From positions 112 to 64,111 of the forward strand of contig JANYLG010000158.1 in the NCBI GenBank assembly GCA_025363775.1: a DNA stretch of 64,000 nt. The letters run 5' to 3'. The stretch comes from Acidobacteriota bacterium. GTDB taxonomy: Bacteria; Acidobacteriota; Vicinamibacteria; Vicinamibacterales; Fen-181. The translations under genes and the position numbers were made by a program. Below are positions 39,701 through 52,483 of the stretch, piece after piece. The notes beneath the pieces are model-generated. The model was not told where the DNA came from. It made no database searches and saw only the letters and a list, made by a program, of their open reading frames with translations. How positions within the stretch are numbered: the first letter of the stretch is position 1; each line of letters opens with the position of its first letter.

Positions 39701-39888
39701 GCGGGCTTCTGCCCGGGCGGCGCCTGTGCGGCCTGCGCCGAGGCGAGCAGGCGGCTGGCCGCTGACGGCGGCGGCGCCTGCCGGAGCATGGACGCCCCGG
39801 TGTGGAGAGCCTGCGCCGCGCCAGCGCGCGCGACGGCGCCCACCAGGAGGAGCGCCCACAACACGAAGTGAACACGGAACTTGCGCAT
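36748..39888 (-). CDS. bamA: outer membrane protein assembly factor BamA with low-complexity insertions
   Basis: POTRA-like repeats (V..I.F.GN), a C-terminal beta-barrel ending ..FAFKFAVGSTF, and signal peptide MRKFRVHFVLWALLLVGAVARAGA from the ATG at 39888. Confidence 0.9.
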   Translation of the reverse strand: MRKFRVHFVLWALLLVGAVARAGAAQALHTGASMLRQAPPPSAASRLLASAQAAQAPPGQKPAAQKPAAQQPAAQQAAPPQPPAVKPLPEGRVLWCGQEIGPPSQLPPAGSGPVIYLIGVCFPEQGGVSVIEPETYLYYIHAKASRPSAGVWTPWDDASTADALKQDFKQLWGTNFLDNLSIDVIDYPFANGVTGKLIAYNIEERQRVKIVDYQGAKHLEQTKIDDKLKEDNAQIRLDSFIDPGMVRKVKKIVLDMLAEKGYQFATVTPEIKSVPGGPKLVNLTFQVDEGPQVKIRDVEFTGNKAVGNFALKRQMKNNKGRSFFSFITGGGSYQEGKYEEDADKVIAYYRDHGYIGARVLEPQLKYIEDSNDKKVRWVQLRIPITEGERFRIADLTFEGNKIVKSEALRPLFKVKAGDWYSDKAIKKGYEKARELYGAGGYYQFNLVPMTKPHDEDGAPPAGLPAEGAEAADRAKASAEGAKTDPLAKGGEPAKAGEQAKPGEQAKAGQQAKAGEPAKAGEQAKGGEQAKPGEQAKAGEQAKAGEQAKPGEPAKAGQQPAGAAQNAPARRAVRGGPPRVDVVLQVDEGKQYFVNRIVFTGNTTTRDSVVRREIRLFEEGVFNTEALKYSIKRINQLAYFKPLEGGKDVDVKETPGTENKMDVTLKFEEQNRNQLQFGAGVSQYEGFFGTLGFQTANFLGRGETFSINLQAGSRAQNYQIAFTEPYLFDRAITGGIDVFKRRLEYIGQFTQDSTGGNIIFGFPLKDFTRMFLNYSYEHTKVVDLNPLYQDPQLIASNPYLADSLLLGSGGARTISKVVPSIVYNTVDSPVFPTTGKRYTVSVDLAGIGGDTNFWKPNAEVVAYLQHTKRASFGFRAQAEYISSFSGSKQLPITEKLFAGGEYSIRGFDIRTVGPRAMTTVPPTYNGLTFLPALMPGEVPLESTKVDSGLVVGGNKLLLFNAEYLISIAGPVRLVLFFDAGQVRGEGEKFALREFKTSTGAEVRFFMPVLNVPFRLIFAYNPHRRGILDNSLQPQSAFAFKFAVGSTF
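38215..38430 (-). repeat. 12 in-frame tandem 18-nt units inside bamA (encode K-A/P-G-E/Q-Q/P-A hexapeptides)
   Basis: Units were delimited by hand (ctgttcgcccgccttcgc and variants). The encoded peptide is ..AKAGEQAKPGEQAKAGQQAKAGEPAKAGEQAKGGEQ... Confidence 0.9.
39661..39720 (-). repeat. 4 in-frame tandem 15-nt units near the bamA 5' end (encode PAAQQ/PAAQK)
   Basis: Read directly: ctgctgagccgcggg x2, cttctgagccgcggg, cttctgcccgggcgg. Confidence 0.8.
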
Positions 39889-40000
39889 GAAATCGTCTTC
39901 GAGAAGATCTGGCCGGCATTCCCCGGCGCGCTGGCACCCCTCCTTCAGGAGGCGAGCCGGCACTTCCTAGATCACCATAGTTTACAGGGTATTAGACGTT

Positions 40001-42436
<2,436 letters not shown>

Positions 42437-42489
42437 CTGGGCTACCCGCGGCACCTGTTGCGGATTGTGGTCAATCGAACCCTGTTCGC

Positions 42490-42518
42490 ATTATAAGGCA
42501 AAGGCCAGAGTGCTCCAA
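42490..42518 (-). promoter_or_regulatory. sigma70-like promoter TTGGAG-17 nt-TATAAT upstream of clpC
   Basis: The minus strand reads TTGGAGcactctggcctttgcctTATAAT. The spacer was counted as 17 nt. It lies about 54 nt upstream of the clpC ATG. Confidence 0.5.
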
Positions 42519-42587
42519 CCGCGTGTGCGCCAAGTCCCTGTACCTCAGCAAGCAGGAGCGGCGCCGCGAGAGCGGGTCGCTCTCGGC

Positions 42588-42664
42588 GGCCAGCTGGCGG
42601 CGGGGCAGCTGCCCGCTGCCGCTGTCGGCTGTCGGCTGTGCACTGTCGGCTACCGGCTGTCGGC
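42588..42664. repeat. 11 tandem heptads (tgtcggc-type, with central gcagctgc palindrome) 3' of lolD
   Basis: Read as ggccagc tggcggc ggggcag ctgcccg ctgccgc tgtcggc tgtcggc tgtgcac tgtcggc taccggc tgtcggc. The array ends 2 nt before the lolD stop. Confidence 0.85.
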
Positions 42665-42666
42665 TA

Positions 42667-43335
<669 letters not shown>

Positions 43336-43340
43336 TGGAA

Positions 43341-43364
43341 CAGTTGTCAGTTGTCAGTTGCCAG
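43341..43364. repeat. short heptad array cagttgt cagttgt cagttgc cag between lolE stop and lolD start
   Basis: Read directly. It occupies most of the 29-nt lolE-lolD spacer. Confidence 0.7.
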
Positions 43365-44587
43365 CTAACCGTATCGCAGCGCCTCCGCCGGGTCGAGCTT
43401 CGAGGCCTGGCGCGAGGGATACAGGGTCGCCACGAAGCACACCAGGATCGCCGACACGACCACCAGAATGAAATCGAACGGCAGAACCACGAAGGGCACG
43501 TACGACACCTGGTAGACGTCCATCGGGACCCGGATCAACTTGTAGCGATCGAGCACCGACGACACGACCCAGCCTGCGGTCGCCCCGATCCCTGTGCCGA
43601 TGAACCCGATGATCAGCCCCTGCAGCATGAACACCAGCATGATGCTCCGCCCCGACGCCCCCATCGTCTTCAGGATGGCGATGTCACGGTGCTTCTCCAT
43701 CACCAGCAGGATCAGCGACGCGACAATGTTCAGGGCGGCCACCATGACGATGAGACCGATGGTGATCGAGATCGCCATCTTCTCGAGCCAGAGGGCGCTG
43801 AAGAGGGAGCGGTTCAGCTGCGTCCAGTCCTCGGTGAGGTATTGCCCGGCCGACTGCTCCATGATCGCGCCGGCCACGTCGTGCGCGCGGTAGATGTCGT
43901 CCACCCGCAGCTCGATCAACTCGGGTGTATCGCGGCCAGTCAGCCGTTGGGCGACGGGCATCGTGACGAAGCCGTAGGCGGAATCGAATTCGAACAGGCC
44001 GAGCGAGAAGATGCCGGCGACCTCCAGCGAGCGCGCGCGGGGCAGCATGCCCATCGGCGACAGTGTGCCTTCGGGCGTGAGCACCTGAACGCGGTCGCCC
44101 ACGCGCACTTTGAGCGTGCGCGCCAGGTCGGCGCCGAGAAGGATGCCTGGCGGCCCGTCTCCGCCCTCGTTGAGCGACGCCATGCTGCCCTGCCGCATCG
44201 ACCGCCCGATGTCGGTCACGCTCTTCTCGAGCTCGGGATCGATCCCTTTGATGGTGATGAACGACTGCCCCTGAGACGTGGTGATCAGCGCCTTGCCGAG
44301 GATGGCCGGCGCCGCGCCGAGGACGTGGGGGAACTCGCGGAGCCGTTTCACCTCGGCGTGATAGTCGCGGATGCCGTCGCCCTTCCAGACGAAGATGTGC
44401 GCGGTGGAGCCGAGGATCCGGTCCCGCAACTCGGCCTGCAGGCCGGTCATCAGCGCCAGCGCGATGACCAGCGCCATCACGCCCACCGTGACGCCCATCG
44501 TCGAGATCAGCGAGATCAGCGAGATGAACGCCTGTTTGCGCCTGGCGAGCAGGTACCGGAGCGCGACGTGGAGCTCGAAGGGGAGGT

Positions 44588-44591
<4 letters not shown>
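43365..44591 (-). CDS. lolE: lipoprotein-releasing system permease LolC/E family
   Basis: PFELHVALRYLLARRKQAFISLISLISTMGVTVGV and a C-terminal FtsX-type domain. No ATG/GTG/TTG lies upstream of the conserved N-terminus, so a CTG at 44591 (overlapping the lysS TGA) is used provisionally. Confidence 0.75.
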
Positions 44592-46093
<1,502 letters not shown>

Positions 46094-46118
46094 AGCAACG
46101 GTTCTCGGGCGCCCCGGG

Positions 46119-46592
46119 TCACTTCGGACGTTCAGCGGCCTTCAACTTGCGTTTGATGGCGTCGAGCACGCCGTTCACGAATCGGCCCGATTCGTCGCCG
46201 CTGAAACGCCGCGCCAGTTCGACCGCCTCGTTGATCACGACGTTGGGGGGGGTATCCGGCACGTGGACGAACTGGTACACCGCCATCCGGAGAATCAGCC
46301 GGTCGACAATCGCCAGGCGCTCGGGCCGCCAATGGTCGGAGCTCGCGGCGATCAGCGGATCGAGCTCCGGCGTGCGCTCGACGGTGCCGATCACCAGGCG
46401 TGAGGCCAGGGCCTCGGCTTCCGCCGAACCCAGCTGACCGCCCTGCTCGATCTCGCCGTACGCGGCGATCGCATGTTCCGGCGCGACGCGACCGACCTCG
46501 CACTGATACAGCATCTGCAAGGCCGCCTCGCGGGCTCGTCGCCGCTCCCGGAATTCTTCGTTCCTCGGCTCGTCGCCGGCCCTGGTCGTCAC
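46119..46592 (-). CDS. nusB: transcription antitermination factor NusB
   Basis: RRRAREAALQMLYQ...AIVDRLILRMAVYQ...VVINEAVELARRF pattern. Confidence 0.88.
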   Translation of the reverse strand: MTTRAGDEPRNEEFRERRRAREAALQMLYQCEVGRVAPEHAIAAYGEIEQGGQLGSAEAEALASRLVIGTVERTPELDPLIAASSDHWRPERLAIVDRLILRMAVYQFVHVPDTPPNVVINEAVELARRFSGDESGRFVNGVLDAIKRKLKAAERPK

Positions 46593-46625
46593 GGTGTCCT
46601 TTCACTGGCGACCCGCCGGTCGCCC

Positions 46626-47408
46626 CTACCGCCCGCTGAATGTCGGCGCGCGCTTCTCGAGAAATGCACGGGTTCCCTCGCGCATGTCGTCGGTCGAGAA
46701 GCAGAGGCCGAACAACGCGGCCTCGAGAAACGCCGCCTCGGGGAACGCCATCTCGAGGCCGCGGTTGACCGCTTCGATAATCGAGCGCATTGCCGCGGGC
46801 GCGAGCCCGGCCAGCGACGCCGCCAGGTCCCTGGCCTTCGACATCAGTTCGGCGGCCGGCACGACCCGGTTGACGAGGCCAATCGCGTACGCTTCCTGCG
46901 CATCGATCACGCGCCCGGTCAGCAGCAGTTCCAGCGCACGTCCTTTCCCGACCAGGCGCGGCAGGCGCTGCGTCCCGCCGAACCCCGGCGTGACACCGAG
47001 CTTGACCTCGGGCTGGCCGAAACGCGCCGAGTCGGCCGCCAGCCGCAGCGTACAGGCCATGGCCAGCTCGCAGCCGCCGCCCAGTGCGAACCCGTTCACC
47101 GCGGCGATGACGGGCTTGCCCAGGTGCTCGACGAGGTCCAAGACGTGCTGACCTTCGAGGGCGTACGCCTCCGCCTGGTTCGGCGAGAGATGCTCGAGTT
47201 CCTGGATGTCCGCCCCGGCCACGAACGCCTTCTCTCCGGCGCCGGTGACGATCAGGCAACGGACGAGGGGATCGTGCTTCAGCTCGAGGACCGCGCGTCG
47301 CAATTGGTCGATGGTCGTCCGGTCGAGGGCGTTCAGGACTTTTCGGCGGTCGATCGTCACGATCGCGATCGGACCGTCACGCTCGATCTGGAGGTTGTCA
47401 AACGGCAT
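46626..47408 (-). CDS. enoyl-CoA hydratase/isomerase family protein
   Basis: IAIVTIDRRKVLNAL...TGAGEKAFVAGADI...AVNGFALGGGCELAMAC crotonase signature. Confidence 0.88.
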   Translation of the reverse strand: MPFDNLQIERDGPIAIVTIDRRKVLNALDRTTIDQLRRAVLELKHDPLVRCLIVTGAGEKAFVAGADIQELEHLSPNQAEAYALEGQHVLDLVEHLGKPVIAAVNGFALGGGCELAMACTLRLAADSARFGQPEVKLGVTPGFGGTQRLPRLVGKGRALELLLTGRVIDAQEAYAIGLVNRVVPAAELMSKARDLAASLAGLAPAAMRSIIEAVNRGLEMAFPEAAFLEAALFGLCFSTDDMREGTRAFLEKRAPTFSGR

Positions 47409-47865
47409 GGCGGAACCTCAGAAGTATACTCCAGAGCCACAGCAGCCCCGATCCGATCCCGCCGCCGGCGACGTCGGCGGCCATGTCCTTCAGGTCGAAT
47501 TCGCGCCGAGGCACGAAGAGCTGGTGGACCTCGTCGCTCAGGCCATAGCCGCCCGCGAACGGCACGACGATCACGACCACCCGCAGTGGCACCGGCCGGC
47601 CGAGCCCCCCGGCCAGCGCGCGCGCCATCAGGAAGCCGAGCCCCGAATAGAGCAGCGTGTGCGCCCACTTGTCGGAGATGCCGCGCGGGAGCGCGGGCAC
47701 TTCCGAGACCGACGACAGGACGAAGATCAACGCGCAGTAGATGAGTACGGGCCCCCAGAGGCGGAGACGCTCCGATGCCAGCGTGCGCGAGGTGGGTTGA
47801 CGTGGATCCACTGGGGTCAGGTTCCCGACCTGGTCGCTCAGAAGGGAAACGGGTACATCAGCCAC
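47398..47865 (-). CDS. VanZ-family membrane protein
   Basis: KWAHTLLYSGLGFL and SDEVHQLFVPRREFDLKDMAADVAG motifs. The start is ambiguous, with an alternative GTG at 47811. Confidence 0.65.
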   Translation of the reverse strand: MADVPVSLLSDQVGNLTPVDPRQPTSRTLASERLRLWGPVLIYCALIFVLSSVSEVPALPRGISDKWAHTLLYSGLGFLMARALAGGLGRPVPLRVVVIVVPFAGGYGLSDEVHQLFVPRREFDLKDMAADVAGGGIGSGLLWLWSILLRFRHAV

Positions 47866-48011
47866 CCGAGCACGAGCGCGCTCAGGATGAATCCGCCGAA
47901 GACCATGGCTCCAAAGCGGACCTGTTCGCGCGGCTGGTCCTTCATGAGGACGGCGAACACCAGCGCCACGAAGAACGAGAACAACAGCATCAGCAGGAAG
48001 TGGCTCGTCAC
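47838..48011 (-). CDS. possible 57-aa two-helix membrane peptide (below ORF-track size cutoff)
   Basis: Hand translation from the GTG at 48011 gives VTSHFLLMLLFSFFVALVFAVLMKDQPREQVRFGAMVFGGFILSALVLGWLMYPFPF*. It sits 7 nt after the upstream stop. No homology was recognised. Confidence 0.3.
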   Translation of the reverse strand: MTSHFLLMLLFSFFVALVFAVLMKDQPREQVRFGAMVFGGFILSALVLGWLMYPFPF

Positions 48012-48018
48012 GACGCCC

Positions 48019-48411
48019 TCACTTGCGACCGACGGCCGTGTCGTACACGTCGAGCACGACCAGCATGTTCAGCAGGCCCGCGACAATCAGGAACGCGTTC
48101 GCGTACTCGTAGGAGACCGCGGCCACCTGGCCCTCCCCGATCTTCAGCGCCCACGCGAGGAAATACGGGAGCCCCATCGCCAGGTCCGCCACGGCCGCCA
48201 GGAACACGAGCGGTTGCGACGCCTCGAAGGGGAACAATCGCCCGTTCAGCGCCAACCCGATCGCAAACATGCTGGTCAACGCGACCAGGAAAATGAACCC
48301 CTTGACGCGTCGGCCCAACCACAGGTGCCCGCTTCCGGGCACCAGCCAGGCTGAGAGCGCCAGAAGCACCAGGCCGCCACTCTCTACTCGCGCTGCCGCA
48401 TCCGCTCGCAT
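48019..48411 (-). CDS. hypothetical integral membrane protein
   Basis: Four hydrophobic segments and the motif PGSGHLWLGRRVKG. No family was recognised with confidence. Confidence 0.5.
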   Translation of the reverse strand: MRADAAARVESGGLVLLALSAWLVPGSGHLWLGRRVKGFIFLVALTSMFAIGLALNGRLFPFEASQPLVFLAAVADLAMGLPYFLAWALKIGEGQVAAVSYEYANAFLIVAGLLNMLVVLDVYDTAVGRK

Positions 48412-48899
48412 TCGTTTAGTCTACCCTGAAAGCGCATGGATTCGGCGAGCAACACGCCCGCGGCGAACCCGAGAGGCGCGCCCGCAAGCGCACGCACGAC
48501 ACCCGACGTGAGGGCCGGCTGCCACCATTCGACCACGACGGTGATCACGGTTGGAAGAGCCGCCAGCAGCAAACGCCACCGCCAGGCCGCGAACGGGATC
48601 GGTGCGCGCGACCGGCCCCGCGACCAGGCGAACACGATGCCGAGCGCAGCGGAGAGATACAACCCCGTGCAGCGCGCGCAGACCGGCAACTGCCCGCCAT
48701 TCAGGTGAAACGACCGTCCCGCGTGCTGGTGGCAGACCAGGCTGCCGACGATGTACGTTGCGGCGGAGAGATGAGCCGCGCCCCCGGCCGGGGACTCGAC
48801 GGACGACACCCATGGAGCCGCAACGACCAGCACCGCCCACAGAATCGCAGCGGCCGGGAGCGCCCGACGTGCGGCGCGCTCGAACCATGAATTCGCCAC
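48384..48899 (-). CDS. DUF2085-like membrane protein
   Basis: The CHQHAGRSF...LPVCARCTGLY cysteine motif between hydrophobic helices is typical of DUF2085. Confidence 0.6.
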   Translation of the reverse strand: MANSWFERAARRALPAAAILWAVLVVAAPWVSSVESPAGGAAHLSAATYIVGSLVCHQHAGRSFHLNGGQLPVCARCTGLYLSAALGIVFAWSRGRSRAPIPFAAWRWRLLLAALPTVITVVVEWWQPALTSGVVRALAGAPLGFAAGVLLAESMRFQGRLNECERMRQRE

Positions 48900-49010
48900 C
48901 GACCTATTCTATAGAAGTCCGCGGAGTGCGACCCGCCGGACGGCCCACGGTCCGTGGAGGGCGATCGGCCCGTCACCCCTGCGGCGCGGAGCGGATGATA
49001 GACTCCCCGC

Positions 49011-51527
49011 ATGGACTACACGGCGACTTCCGGATCCACATCATCCCCGGCGGTGACGACCGGCGCCCTGGCGGGCGTCGGCTGCATTTCTGCGGCACTG
49101 CTCATGACCGAGCTGGCGCTGACGCGCATCTTCTCGGTCACGATGTACTACCACTTCGCCTTTCTGGCGATTTCGATTGCCTTGTTCGGTCTCGGCGCCA
49201 GCGGCGTCTACGTCTACCTGGCCCGTCGTCCGCTCGGGCGTCGCGAACCAGCCGCGCTGCTCGCCTGGCACGCTCTCACCTACGCGCTCGTCACCACCGT
49301 GTCGCTCGCGATCCTGGTGCGACTGCGCGTGGGCCTGAACTACTCGATCGAGAACCTCGTCCTGATGCTCACGATCTACGCGCTCGCCGCGCTGCCGTTC
49401 TTTGCCGGCGGGGCCGTGGTATCGATCGCGATCTCGCGCCTGGCCGGACGCATCAACCTGATCTACGCCGCCGATCTGATCGGGGCTTCCGCCGGCTGTC
49501 TCCTGCTCCTGCCCCTGCTCGATCGCCTGGGCGCGCCCGGCGTCGTGTTGTCCACCGCCGCGCTCGGCGCCATCGCGGCGGCCTGCTTCTCGCCGCGGCC
49601 TTCCCGCGCGCGCATCGTCCCGCTTGCGGCGCTGCTCGTCATCGGTCCGTGGTCGGCTCACATGGCCGGGATCGTGTCGTTCGACGTGACGGGGACGAAG
49701 GGCCATGTTGGTGACAGGGTGCTCTTCAGCAAGTGGAACTCGTTCTCCCGCGTCGCGGTCTACGACCGCCGACACGGCGACTGGTCGTTGAGTGCCACCT
49801 ACACCGGGCCGATGCCCGACTCGCGGTTCATGGACATCGACTCGTCCGCCTCGACGCCGATCGTGCGCTTCTCGGGCGATCTCGACGACGTGGCCTACCT
49901 GAGGTTCGAGTTGACGGCGCTGGCCTATCACCTGGCGGCCGGCGACGCCGCGCCTGCGTTTGTTCCGGCAGGAGTGGCGCCGACCGCGCCGGACAGCAGG
50001 GGCGCCGGCACGAGCGGCGGCGGCGCCGGCGCGAGGGGCGGCGCGCGACCGTTCACCGCGCTCGTGATCGGGCCCGGAGGCGGCCGCGACCTCCTCTCCG
50101 CGCTGGTGTTCGGCGCCTCCCGCGTGGACGGCGTAGAGATCAATCCGATCATCGCGCTGGATGTGATGAGCGACCGGTTCCTCGGGTATTCCGGGAATCT
50201 CTACACCCTACCGAAGGTCCGGATCTTTGTCGAGGATGGCCGCAGTTTCGTCCGACGATCGCCGGAGCGGTACGACATCATCCAGGCCTCCCTCGTGGAC
50301 ACCTGGGCCGCGACGGCCGCGGGCGCCTACACGCTCACCGAGAACTCGCTCTACACGGTCGAGGCGTTCGATGATTATCTCGAGCACCTGTCGGACCGAG
50401 GGATGCTGACGATCACACGCTGGGCGCTCGACGGCGTCCGGCTGGTGTCGCTGGCGCAGGACGCGTGCGCCCGCCGGGGATGGGCGGTAGCCGACCGGCT
50501 GGCGGTCGTCCAGCACGAGAAGGTGGCGACGTTTATCCTGAAGAAGACGCCGTTCACCAGTGCCGAGGTGGCCCAGCTCCAGCGGGTCTGTGACTCGCTG
50601 AAGTTCACGGTCCTCTACGCGCCCGGCGTGACGCCGCCGGCGCACCTCGCGCCAACGGGCGCCGGCCCCTGGGAAGCGGCCAAGGATGCGCCGAACGACT
50701 ACGCGCGGCTGATCCTCGCGCCCGAGCGCCACGCGTTCTACGCGAGCTACCCGCTCGATATCACGCCGACCACCGACGATCGCCCGTTCTTCTTCCACAC
50801 GACCAAGCTGAAGGACCAGGCGGGGGTCGCCTTCGGCCGCGCGATGTTGTTCGGGAACGGGTTGAGCGCGCTGATGACGCTGATGGGGATTTCAACCGCG
50901 CTGGTGCTGCTGTTCATCCTCGGCCCAATGGCGCTGAACGGGCGCACGCTGCTCGGCAGTGGCTGGTGGTGGTGGCTCGCCTACTTCGGGATGCTGGGGG
51001 CCGGATTCATGCTGGTGGAGGTGGCGCTGCTGCAGCGATTCGTCCTGCTCCTAGGGCACCCGGTGTACTCACTCACCGTCACCCTGTTCTCGCTGCTCCT
51101 CGGGACCGGCGTGGGCAGCTACCTGAGCCGGAGGATCGGCGAGAATCACGTGCGCAGCCGTCTCCTCGCGGCGCTCTTCGGCGTGGCCGTGCTTGGCATC
51201 GTCGCGATCTTCGCACTTCCTCCGATCATTCGCGCCGCGATTGCCGCCAGCCTGCCCGCGAGGATTCTGATCGCCGTGGCGCTGATGTTCCCTGCGGGCC
51301 TGCTGATGGGTATCCCGTTGCCGGCTGGCGTTCGGCTGCTCGCCCGGCGTCAGCCCGAGCTGCTGCCGTGGGCGTGGGCGATGAACGGCGCGCTGTCGGT
51401 CCTGGGGGCCACGCTCGCCGTGTTCATCGCGATGAACTGGGGGTTCTCGGTGACACTCCTGGCCGGTGGGGTCGTCTACATCGCGGCGGCGGGGCTGGCG
51501 GCGCGAATGGGGGCGTCAGCGCGTTAA
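49011..51527 (+). CDS. large membrane protein with central spermidine-synthase-like (class I SAM-MTase fold) domain flanked by two multi-helix membrane modules
   Basis: Central VIGPGGGRDLLSAL..VDGVEINP...YDIIQASLVDTW...YTVEAF resembles the PABS/SpeE fold. Both the N- and C-terminal thirds are strongly hydrophobic. Confidence 0.7.
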   Translation: MDYTATSGSTSSPAVTTGALAGVGCISAALLMTELALTRIFSVTMYYHFAFLAISIALFGLGASGVYVYLARRPLGRREPAALLAWHALTYALVTTVSLAILVRLRVGLNYSIENLVLMLTIYALAALPFFAGGAVVSIAISRLAGRINLIYAADLIGASAGCLLLLPLLDRLGAPGVVLSTAALGAIAAACFSPRPSRARIVPLAALLVIGPWSAHMAGIVSFDVTGTKGHVGDRVLFSKWNSFSRVAVYDRRHGDWSLSATYTGPMPDSRFMDIDSSASTPIVRFSGDLDDVAYLRFELTALAYHLAAGDAAPAFVPAGVAPTAPDSRGAGTSGGGAGARGGARPFTALVIGPGGGRDLLSALVFGASRVDGVEINPIIALDVMSDRFLGYSGNLYTLPKVRIFVEDGRSFVRRSPERYDIIQASLVDTWAATAAGAYTLTENSLYTVEAFDDYLEHLSDRGMLTITRWALDGVRLVSLAQDACARRGWAVADRLAVVQHEKVATFILKKTPFTSAEVAQLQRVCDSLKFTVLYAPGVTPPAHLAPTGAGPWEAAKDAPNDYARLILAPERHAFYASYPLDITPTTDDRPFFFHTTKLKDQAGVAFGRAMLFGNGLSALMTLMGISTALVLLFILGPMALNGRTLLGSGWWWWLAYFGMLGAGFMLVEVALLQRFVLLLGHPVYSLTVTLFSLLLGTGVGSYLSRRIGENHVRSRLLAALFGVAVLGIVAIFALPPIIRAAIAASLPARILIAVALMFPAGLLMGIPLPAGVRLLARRQPELLPWAWAMNGALSVLGATLAVFIAMNWGFSVTLLAGGVVYIAAAGLAARMGASAR

Positions 51528-51543
51528 CCTGGAAGATGTCTAG

Positions 51544-52479
51544 CTAGCGCGGGAGGGCCCCGAAGTGCTCCGCGTAGCGCGCATCGAACTCGTCGCGGGT
51601 ATACGCGTGGCTCGACCCTCCCATGTGCTCGAGGGCATATGCTGCAGCCACGCTGCCCATCCGTCCGCACACCTCGTAGCCGGCGCCGATCGCCAGCCCC
51701 TTCATGAAGCCCCCGCGGAACGCATCGCCGACGCCGGTCGGATCGACGATCGCCCAGGGCGGCACGGCCGGCACCTCGATCGTCTTGTCGCGCAGCATGA
51801 TCGACGCGCCTTTTTCACCCTTCGTGACGACGACAGCGGTGGCGTGCTCGAGCATGGCCCCTTCGCCCATCCCCGTCTTCTCGCGGATGATCTCGAACTC
51901 GTAGTCGTTGCAGATCACGATGTGCGCGCCGAAGACGCCCCGCTTCAGGTCGTCACCGCCGATTCGCGCCACCTGTTGGCTGGGATCGTAGATGTAGGGG
52001 ATGCCGAGCGCCTGGCACTCCTGCGCGTAGTCCGCCATCGCCGTCGGATCGTTGGGCGAGATAATCGTCAGATCGCACTTCCCCGCCGCGCCGAACGAGA
52101 GTTCCGCCGCGTGCGCCATTGCCCCGGTATAGAAGGAGGCGATCTGGTTGCCGTCGCGGTCCGTGCTGCAGAAGAACGAGGCGGTGAACTTCTCGGGCAC
52201 CTGCTTCACCAGCGACGTGTCCACACCCTTCGTGTCCAGCCAGCGCCGGTATTCGTCGAAGTCCTGGCCCGCGGTACCCATCAGCACGGGCCGCTCTCCG
52301 AGCAGCGCCAGGGTATACGCGATGTTCGGCGCGCACCCGCCCCGGCGCTTGTCCATGCTGTCCACCAGGAAGCTCAGGCTCACGCGCTGCAGATGATCGG
52401 GCAGCAGGTGCTCGCTGAAGCTGCCGGGAAACGACATCAGATAGTCGTAGGCAATCGAACCGGTCACGATAATACGCAT
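51544..52479 (-). CDS. PfkB-family carbohydrate/nucleoside kinase (adenosine kinase-like)
   Basis: GGCAPNIAYTL and C-terminal DPTGVGDAFRGGF motifs. Confidence 0.85.
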   Translation of the reverse strand: MRIIVTGSIAYDYLMSFPGSFSEHLLPDHLQRVSLSFLVDSMDKRRGGCAPNIAYTLALLGERPVLMGTAGQDFDEYRRWLDTKGVDTSLVKQVPEKFTASFFCSTDRDGNQIASFYTGAMAHAAELSFGAAGKCDLTIISPNDPTAMADYAQECQALGIPYIYDPSQQVARIGGDDLKRGVFGAHIVICNDYEFEIIREKTGMGEGAMLEHATAVVVTKGEKGASIMLRDKTIEVPAVPPWAIVDPTGVGDAFRGGFMKGLAIGAGYEVCGRMGSVAAAYALEHMGGSSHAYTRDEFDARYAEHFGALPR

Positions 52480-52483
52480 AGGA

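Noticed and set aside
42496-42520. AGCACTC within the clpC -35 region considered as a CIRCE (TTAGCACTC-N9-GAGTGCTAA) operator.
   Set aside because: Only the left half-site matches. The sequence 9 nt downstream (ccttataat) does not resemble GAGTGCTAA.
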